Shown here piece by piece: positions 25,985-32,000 of a stretch of DNA of 32,000 nucleotides. The number at the start of each line of letters is the position of its first letter. Position 1 is the first letter of the stretch. Source of the stretch: an archaeon (lineage in GTDB: Archaea > Iainarchaeota > Iainarchaeia > Iainarchaeales > CSSED10-239). Where the stretch lies: the NCBI GenBank assembly GCA_035400625.1, contig DAOMZT010000004.1, forward strand, positions 30,001-62,000, written 5' to 3'. The notes under the pieces were generated by a model, which made no database searches, was not told where the DNA came from, and was given only the letters and a program-made list of their open reading frames with translations. The position numbers and the translations under genes are program-made.

Positions 25985-26288
25985 AAAAAGAATTGGTGCC
26001 CATTTGAAGTCCTACATTATATGTTCCTTTTACAATTTTATTCGCAAGGTCTTTTCCATATTTTAATTCGAGTGCCTTAACCCAAAAATCTTCTTTTTGT
26101 TTAATAGAAATACCAGAAACATGGATTGTTCCTGAGCCCCCTTGTTCCATTAATGGTTTTGAACCTATGGAAAATTGTTGTGCTTGTAAAGGAACAATTG
26201 CACTTCCTATAGCAATTAATGCTCCTGAAGCAAGCATTTTTGGATTTGCGATTACATCTTTTAATACATCACGTATTTTTTTAGCCAT
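25974..26288 (-). CDS. Hypothetical small protein with an N-proximal hydrophobic (signal-peptide/TM-like) segment. It overlaps the next ORF by 11 nt.
   Basis: The track start is 26303. The second ATG at 26288 is preceded by GGAGGA 7 nt upstream, so I prefer MAKKIRDVLKDVIANPKMLASGALIAIGSAIVPLQAQQFSIG.... The ORF ends ...NSFFDK* inside a T7 run (25983-25989). Confidence 0.5.
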   Translation of the reverse strand: MAKKIRDVLKDVIANPKMLASGALIAIGSAIVPLQAQQFSIGSKPLMEQGGSGTIHVSGISIKQKEDFWVKALELKYGKDLANKIVKGTYNVGLQMGTNSFFDK

Positions 26289-26366
26289 CTTATATTCCTC
26301 CATATTAAGTATTTAATTTATTAAAAAAATAGATGTGCGAAAGTTATATAATACTTTGTAATTATT

Positions 26367-26398
26367 AAAAAAAGATAAGCTTCAGGCGCGATCTTATC
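26367..26398 (-). terminator. Hairpin plus oligo-T terminator candidate downstream of the res-mod-X operon
   Basis: The minus strand reads GATAAG-atcgcgcctgaag-CTTATC (6-bp stem, 26398-26374), immediately followed by TTTTTTT (26373-26367). It is about 90 nt after the stop at 26487. The 13-nt loop is long, hence the modest confidence. Confidence 0.35.
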
Positions 26399-26486
26399 CA
26401 AAAGTTAAAAGCGCACAGAAATTAAAACCATTCCTTAAATTTTGGTAAGATTGATACAATAAACCTATATCATCCAAAATTTAATC

Positions 26487-27197
26487 TTATTGTAATATTT
26501 CATTTATTACATCCAAGCAATCTTTTACACCATTTATGGGATTAATTACCCTGTATTTTGCGCCATTTTGACCAAGATTTGTATCATATCCTTTTTCTTC
26601 TAATGTTTTCTTAGATGCCCCTCCCACTATGTAAACATCTAAAAAATCATATATCTTTATTTTCAAGTCTTCTGGATTATAATAATGAATAATAAATAAA
26701 TAGTAGTCTTTATGTATTTCTAACTTTTTATATGACGCACTATACCAACCAATAATAGAATAAGCGCTTTTACCATTTTTAAGAGGGAACCCTATAAGTC
26801 TTCCTAAAGTAGTATAATATTTATAACAAAATGAGGACCGCACTTCAATAGTTTTAATTATGCCATTAACAGATATAGATAAATCAGTTTGATTACCTAG
26901 AACACTATTATTGTCTTCATCAAAAGTAGAATTTAAAATTTTTAAATCAATTTTTTTAGTCTTACTAATCTCATTTAAACAAAAATGAATTGAATGCTCA
27001 GCCAATAACCCTCCGACAATCATATTTTCTTTATGTGCTGAATTTCTTACTATTCCGTTGGGTGCTTTAGAATTAAGTTTATCTAAAAGTTGTTTTGATT
27101 TATTGATAATATTATCAATAACAAGCCTATCTATCTTATAATTATAGCGTATTTTTATTAATTTATATTTTTCAATTTCTACTATTTCTAAATCCAT
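26487..27197 (-). CDS. Hypothetical protein, third gene of the R-M operon. Possible PD-(D/E)xK-like nuclease fold (weak).
   Basis: The track start 27230 is GTG. ATG at 27197 gives MDLEIVEIEKYKL (236 aa). Candidate catalytic pattern: GGLLAEHSIHF ... QTDLSISVNGIIKTIEVRSS (E ... D-x12-E-V-R). I recognise no family. Same strand as mod and 38 nt downstream of its stop. Confidence 0.55.
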   Translation of the reverse strand: MDLEIVEIEKYKLIKIRYNYKIDRLVIDNIINKSKQLLDKLNSKAPNGIVRNSAHKENMIVGGLLAEHSIHFCLNEISKTKKIDLKILNSTFDEDNNSVLGNQTDLSISVNGIIKTIEVRSSFCYKYYTTLGRLIGFPLKNGKSAYSIIGWYSASYKKLEIHKDYYLFIIHYYNPEDLKIKIYDFLDVYIVGGASKKTLEEKGYDTNLGQNGAKYRVINPINGVKDCLDVINEILQ

Positions 27198-27235
27198 AAT
27201 TCTCAAAACCAATAGTCTTATTAAGTGCACTTAAC

Positions 27236-29194
27236 TTAAATTTCTTTAATAATTAATACTTCTTCTCCTAACATATCAATAATTTTAACGGCAATCGTAG
27301 TTTTATTTTTTATATTAAATTCATATGTCCCAACAATTAAATCGTTCTTTTTTTCAGGAACATCTGAATATTTTATATTAAATACCTTACCATCATAATT
27401 TGTATCAATTAACACAACATCAATCATACTTCTAAAATCAGGGATTTTTACTTTAATCAATTTATTACTATTATTTAGTCTTTCAATGATAGTTGGAGAT
27501 ATAAAATCATTTATTTCTATAAATATTTTATCTCCTTTTCTTTTAATATTTATTTTAGCTTGAGCTTTTTTATGAATTAAGAATTTCCCATATTTTCCAT
27601 CAGTTCTTAATTCTATAAGTTCTAACTTATTAATTGGGTGCTTTTTATTATAGTCTTCTATATATGAATCAACACTTAATTCTTTACCTAAACACACAAT
27701 AGTAACATTTCTATTTTCATCAGGCCTACTTTTTAATTCGTCCTGAATTAATTGCAAGTCCAATAAAGTTAATGGATGATTAAAATCAATCATTTTTACT
27801 AAATTCTTACCTATAGTTCCTTCAAAAAAATTATCTGTTTTAGTTCTTTGTATCCCTATATGTTGAATCGCTAATTCAACTGCTTCCGTTCTTAATAACT
27901 GTAAATCATAATCATTTACTTTATAATAAGCAAAAGCCAAATGTTCGTTTGTTTTAGAAACTATTTTTTTTTGTTTAGTTACTTCTTTTTGCGTTTTAAT
28001 TATCTTTTGCAATCTTTTAGATACTGTTTGAATTGACCCTTTATTAATATCTACGCCTATCCATCTTCTATTTAATTTTTGAGCTATTGCTTGAGTAGTG
28101 CCACTACCCATAAAACAATCTAAGACAAGTCCATCAAAATTAGTAGATGATTTTATTACTCTTTCTAAAATGTCTTCTGAATTTTCTGTAGGATACCCTG
28201 TACTATCAACTGTATAACCAGGAATATCTGTCCAGTTACTGTTTACTGTTTGATGAGGAAATTGATAATATTCTGGCAAATTAACTCTTTTCCCAAATCG
28301 GTCTAAATATGTTCTTTTTTCATTAATTCTTATTTTTCCTTCAGCAATCAGTTTATTGATTACTTCTTGTGAAAACGTCCAATGACTATTTCTACGAGAT
28401 ATAAAAACTTTACCATTTATAGATATCTCAATATTCTTACTATCTCCTGGTGCTTCCAAAGGCACCCAGTCTGGTTCTTTTTCCTGTTTACAATATTTAC
28501 AAATCCTGTCCGTCACTATTTTATTAAATAAATTATCATTAGATTTTGAATAAAAATATATTGTTTCATAAGCAGTGGCAAATTGATTTTTTGTCGACCC
28601 TAAATTAGTACTTCTATTAACTGCTATTTCATTTCTAAAATTATTTTTCCCAAAGACTTCATCTAATAATATTTTTATATAATGTCCATAATGATAATCA
28701 AATCTTACAAAAATACTACCTTTTTCACTCAGTAATTCTTTTAATAATATTAATCTTTCATACATAAATTGCAAAAACGAATCATCTGCAAAATTATTAA
28801 AATACATTGTCTGTTCTTGTGACGTATAATATTCGCCATCTAATTTTTCTAATTTAATACCTTTCAATTGAACTTTACGTATATAATCTACCCCTGTATT
28901 AAATGGAGGGTCTATATAAATTAAATCAATCTTATTTCTAAAACCATTCGCTAAAAGATAACCTAGAACTTCTTTGTTATCCCCGTGAAATATTAAATTC
29001 TGCCAATTATCTTTTAAGTTATCAAAATTAGGGTTATCTATTGGTTTAGATTCGCCTGTTGGGTCAAATATCTCTACCAGTTGTGCAGGAAAGCTTTGTA
29101 CATAATCTATTGGTCTTTTCCCCACCCATTGTAGCATTGGTCTCCCTTTAGCCTCTGATATTTTAATTTTTTTTTCATTCATCCTTGTCACCAT
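27236..29194 (-). CDS. mod: Type III-like (beta-class) N6-adenine/N4-cytosine DNA methyltransferase, Mod subunit, with a C-terminal extension of about 250 aa
   Basis: N-terminus GRPMLQWVGKR, NLIFHGDNKEVLGYLL, motif IV DLIYIDPPFNTG, then a variable region, then motif I VLDCFMGSGTTQAIAQKLNRRWIGVDIN. The IV-then-I order indicates the beta class. It overlaps the res stop by 20 nt (8 nt if the ATG at 29182 is used). Confidence 0.88.
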   Translation of the reverse strand: MVTRMNEKKIKISEAKGRPMLQWVGKRPIDYVQSFPAQLVEIFDPTGESKPIDNPNFDNLKDNWQNLIFHGDNKEVLGYLLANGFRNKIDLIYIDPPFNTGVDYIRKVQLKGIKLEKLDGEYYTSQEQTMYFNNFADDSFLQFMYERLILLKELLSEKGSIFVRFDYHYGHYIKILLDEVFGKNNFRNEIAVNRSTNLGSTKNQFATAYETIYFYSKSNDNLFNKIVTDRICKYCKQEKEPDWVPLEAPGDSKNIEISINGKVFISRRNSHWTFSQEVINKLIAEGKIRINEKRTYLDRFGKRVNLPEYYQFPHQTVNSNWTDIPGYTVDSTGYPTENSEDILERVIKSSTNFDGLVLDCFMGSGTTQAIAQKLNRRWIGVDINKGSIQTVSKRLQKIIKTQKEVTKQKKIVSKTNEHLAFAYYKVNDYDLQLLRTEAVELAIQHIGIQRTKTDNFFEGTIGKNLVKMIDFNHPLTLLDLQLIQDELKSRPDENRNVTIVCLGKELSVDSYIEDYNKKHPINKLELIELRTDGKYGKFLIHKKAQAKINIKRKGDKIFIEINDFISPTIIERLNNSNKLIKVKIPDFRSMIDVVLIDTNYDGKVFNIKYSDVPEKKNDLIVGTYEFNIKNKTTIAVKIIDMLGEEVLIIKEI

Positions 29195-31778
29195 AAACCC
29201 AATCTTTTATTTTTTTATAATTTTTAAATCCTATTTCCTCAACAGGAGTAAATAATACTTCGTATTTAAGTTTATCTGGATTTAAATTTTCTATCTTTTT
29301 AATTGCCATTTCTTTATTTTCATCTTTATAAATTTCGCCCTTAACTTCGACTATAAGAATTCTTCCATCTTTCTTTTTAATAACAAAATCAGGAGTATAA
29401 TTTCTCCATTTGCCATTTTTATCTTTATATTCAAATAGGAAATCTGTTTTATTAATATCGGTTAACTGCCCAGTATAATATATATCTTCAATATTATCTG
29501 GATTTTCATTTAATGAATCTATGAGTTTAATAAAAAAATCAGTTTCAGGATTAGAATCCATTTTATATGGCGAATAATGAAATCCAAACTCCTGTTTATT
29601 TTTATCTTTAAATTGTTTATAATATAAAAATAAATTTTCTTTATCTTTGTGATACATTATTTCTGCAGTATAAATAATTTCCCCATTTTTTTCTTCTTTA
29701 TTAAAGCCTTCTTTTTTAATTAATGCTAAGTGTACTTCTATCTCTTCTTCAATAATTTTATAATTTCTTAATTGTGATTCAATTTGTTTTTTTAATTCAA
29801 TAATGTGACTTGCAGGTATTTCTGAGTCATCATATAACTTTTTCAACATATCATAAACATATCCTAAATCTAATCTGTAAATTTGGGATAAATCAATTGA
29901 AACACTATATAAATCACAAAATTCTTCTTCAATCTTAATTTCTTCAACATTTTCTTGAACTAACACACCATTTTTATCAGTTCTATCTTTCAAAGAATAT
30001 TCCTTTTTTTTCATTATTTCATATTTTATAGTGGGTTTATTTAAGATAATTTTAGAATCGCCTTCATTTTCTAAAATTATTTTTTGAACTTTTTTCTTAA
30101 CCAAAATTGGTGGAATTTCGGTCTTTCTTAAAATTAATCTTTCTTTCCTCAATTCTGGCTTTGTAATATCTAAAATTTGTAAAGATTCTCCAAAAGTTTC
30201 CTTAAGTTGATAATCTAAAATCTTTCTATTATCTTCAGATAAATAAATTCTTGCTCTTTTATTATTATTTGGAACTTGCCTTAAACACCGTGTTGCTGAT
30301 TGAAGTATAAAATTATTACTACTCTTTAATTTCCTTGCTAATGCTGTTGCGAATAAAGATGGGCAGTTCCATCCTTCTGTACCCATATTAACTAATAAAA
30401 AAACTCTATACGGATTTGTAGGGTCATTTATTCTATTGTTAAACAAATCTTTAATTTTATCCTCAGATTTATTATTGACTTCTAAAACAATTGAAGAATC
30501 TAATCCCAACTCTAAAATTTTATTTACAATTATTGGTTTAATCTTTTTTACATCATCTGTTTGAGGAAAATAAATCGCAATCTTAGATTTTGCACCAGTA
30601 TATATAGTTACATCTCTGTATTCTTTAAAAAAATCATCAATTACTATATTTACAAAATCCGTTAAACTATCCGTATCATAAGAATAAATACCATCTTTTA
30701 CATCTTTAAGAATTCCGTCTTTAATACCTTGAGATAAACCATACCAAAAAACAACATCTCTTAACATCTGTTTTTTATAATAGGGAGTCCCTGTTGTATT
30801 AATTACTGCAATTACATTTGTGTTCTCTGCCAAATAATCAACAGTTTTTCTAACTTTTTTTAATTCGTCATCTAATGATTGCCCATATGTGTGATGAGCT
30901 TCATCAGAGAAAATGGCTAAATTTGGTAAAGAGGATATTGTTTGTAATCGTAAATTTGCAGTTTCTTGCGCTTCTTCTATCTTTTCTTTTTCTTTATAAT
31001 TAAATAAACTTAATTGTGTGCTTTTTCCTGTCGATTTTTGAATCCTTATTTTTTCCGTGTTTGTTACAATTATATTATAGGAACTGCCTCTTATTATTGG
31101 AATGTCTTTTTCTTTATCTTGTGTATATGTTATTTTTACTGAACTCATAAATTGTTTATACAATCTTAAAGGTAAAATTTTATCAAAAGGAATATCAGAT
31201 ATTTCTTTTAATGCTCCTAAAATAGTTTTACCTGGGGCAAAAACTAATGCGTTTTTTACAAAATCATTTTTATATTCTATTGCTAAGCTAAATTCCGTAC
31301 AAATAATTGTTCCAATCAATACCGTTTTACCTGCACCCATGGCTAATGCAAAAATATAACTGGGATAATCTAATGTTAATGATTCTCTTACTGCCTCAAG
31401 TTTATTTTGTTTAACAAAAACATCATCATAACTGATTTTTTCAAATATAGAATTTAAACCGCCCTGACTCATTAATTTAATAATATCTTCTGATTTAAGA
31501 TGAATCCCTAATGCCTTTAGTAATTCTACAGGGTCATCATAAAATTTTTTATATAATTCGAAAATGTGGGGTGTTTTTTCTACAACCCTTAAATACCAAT
31601 ATGTTTCTAATGCTTCAAATTGTGCTCTTCTTAAATATCTTAAATTTTTATTCCCAAATTCATCTTCATATAAATTATAATCAAATATTTCGGATAATAT
31701 CGGATAATTAGACGGATAGCCTTCTTCTCTCCAATTTTTTACTCTCTCTTTTAATTTTGTTGGAATAAAAAAATCCAT
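29175..31778 (-). CDS. res: Type III restriction enzyme Res-like subunit: SF2 DEAH helicase/translocase with a C-terminal PD-(D/E)xK nuclease
   Basis: Motif I ALAMGAGKTVL, motif II IFSDEAHH, motif III NTTGTP, motif VI QSATRCLR. C-terminal nuclease motif YTPDFVIKKKDGRILIVEVKGE. 867 aa. Confidence 0.85.
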   Translation of the reverse strand: MDFFIPTKLKERVKNWREEGYPSNYPILSEIFDYNLYEDEFGNKNLRYLRRAQFEALETYWYLRVVEKTPHIFELYKKFYDDPVELLKALGIHLKSEDIIKLMSQGGLNSIFEKISYDDVFVKQNKLEAVRESLTLDYPSYIFALAMGAGKTVLIGTIICTEFSLAIEYKNDFVKNALVFAPGKTILGALKEISDIPFDKILPLRLYKQFMSSVKITYTQDKEKDIPIIRGSSYNIIVTNTEKIRIQKSTGKSTQLSLFNYKEKEKIEEAQETANLRLQTISSLPNLAIFSDEAHHTYGQSLDDELKKVRKTVDYLAENTNVIAVINTTGTPYYKKQMLRDVVFWYGLSQGIKDGILKDVKDGIYSYDTDSLTDFVNIVIDDFFKEYRDVTIYTGAKSKIAIYFPQTDDVKKIKPIIVNKILELGLDSSIVLEVNNKSEDKIKDLFNNRINDPTNPYRVFLLVNMGTEGWNCPSLFATALARKLKSSNNFILQSATRCLRQVPNNNKRARIYLSEDNRKILDYQLKETFGESLQILDITKPELRKERLILRKTEIPPILVKKKVQKIILENEGDSKIILNKPTIKYEIMKKKEYSLKDRTDKNGVLVQENVEEIKIEEEFCDLYSVSIDLSQIYRLDLGYVYDMLKKLYDDSEIPASHIIELKKQIESQLRNYKIIEEEIEVHLALIKKEGFNKEEKNGEIIYTAEIMYHKDKENLFLYYKQFKDKNKQEFGFHYSPYKMDSNPETDFFIKLIDSLNENPDNIEDIYYTGQLTDINKTDFLFEYKDKNGKWRNYTPDFVIKKKDGRILIVEVKGEIYKDENKEMAIKKIENLNPDKLKYEVLFTPVEEIGFKNYKKIKDWVYGDKDE

Positions 31779-32000
31779 ATTATCACATAAAATTTATAAT
31801 AATATATTATACAAATAATATAAAAACGTTGGGATTATTTTTTTAAAAAAATAGGACATTTGCCACTCTTCATATTCTTTATCTCTTAATTGTTCTAAGT
31901 ATTCTTTTGTTTGTTGGTTGTTTGGTATATTGTTATTTGATATATTATTTTTATTTTAATATAGATTTCTAAAGGAAGATAACAGAAATAACTATTCTTA

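Noticed and set aside
25253-32000. Claiming the R-M region is a compositionally distinct (lower-GC) island
   Set aside because: My hand counts of single 60-nt lines gave about 20-35% GC inside the region and about 30-32% in core genes. One GH130 line reached about 53%. That is too noisy to support a claim, and it needs a computed sliding-window GC or k-mer profile.
31779-32000. Possible gene or element upstream of res, including the 18-bp palindrome TATTTTTTTAAAAAAATA (31836-31853)
   Set aside because: All three minus-strand frames, and the plus-strand frames checked only by eye, contain frequent stops, and only ORFs under 45 codons without ATG are present. The palindrome is simply T7/A7 in AT-rich DNA. 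It is plausibly a bidirectional oligo-T terminator, but that cannot be supported without transcript data.
1-32000. CRISPR arrays, rRNA genes, IS elements, integrases, inteins and tRNA introns
   Set aside because: I scanned the intergenic regions and the ORF list. I found no regularly spaced direct repeats, no transposase/integrase/Cas-like ORFs, no long untranslated conserved-looking stretches, and the single tRNA folds without an intron.

Overview
AT-rich, very gene-dense window: about 31 CDS and 1 tRNA, with many 1-20 nt gene overlaps and no CRISPR array, rRNA, transposase or integrase. It reads like a small-genome, DPANN-like archaeon. The support is an NMD3 homolog, a KH-less beta-CASP (aCPSF-type) nuclease, an archaeal-style short Prs, HPS/PHI pentose genes and SD-like GGAGG/AGGTG motifs.

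Layout:
- 1-317: 5' part of an ATP-grasp (ADP-forming acyl-CoA ligase-like) gene.
- 532-5503: aCPSF-like nuclease, NMD3, trkH-trkA, tRNA-Arg(CCU) and adk.
- 5507-9861: a 542-aa coiled-coil protein converging on a two-gene operon of signal-peptide plus C-terminal-anchor surface proteins.
- 9970-17802: smc, Nudix, serS, SlyD-type FKBP, a small PLDc_N membrane protein, GNAT and NIF3.
- 17875-25252: a same-strand block prs-rpiB-hps-phi, then GH130, a GH130-GH130 fusion, a cupin mannose-6-P isomerase and phosphomannomutase.
- 25286-31778: accessory-looking minus-strand region with two overlapping orphan ORFs joined at a T7 run, then a res-mod type III-like R-M operon carrying a third orphan gene.

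Most notable:
- The sugar block could carry a beta-mannoside through Man1P, Man6P, Fru6P, hexulose-6-P, Ru5P and R5P to PRPP.
- prs has 67 conserved N-terminal codons but no ATG/GTG/TTG start. It has a strong SD followed by ATA/ATT.
- The res-mod-X operon and the neighbouring orphan pair are the best candidates for an undescribed accessory or defence function.
- The edge ATP-grasp gene seems to carry a compensated frameshift pair over its conserved HK motif.

All family calls come from motif recall and hand translation. No searches were run.
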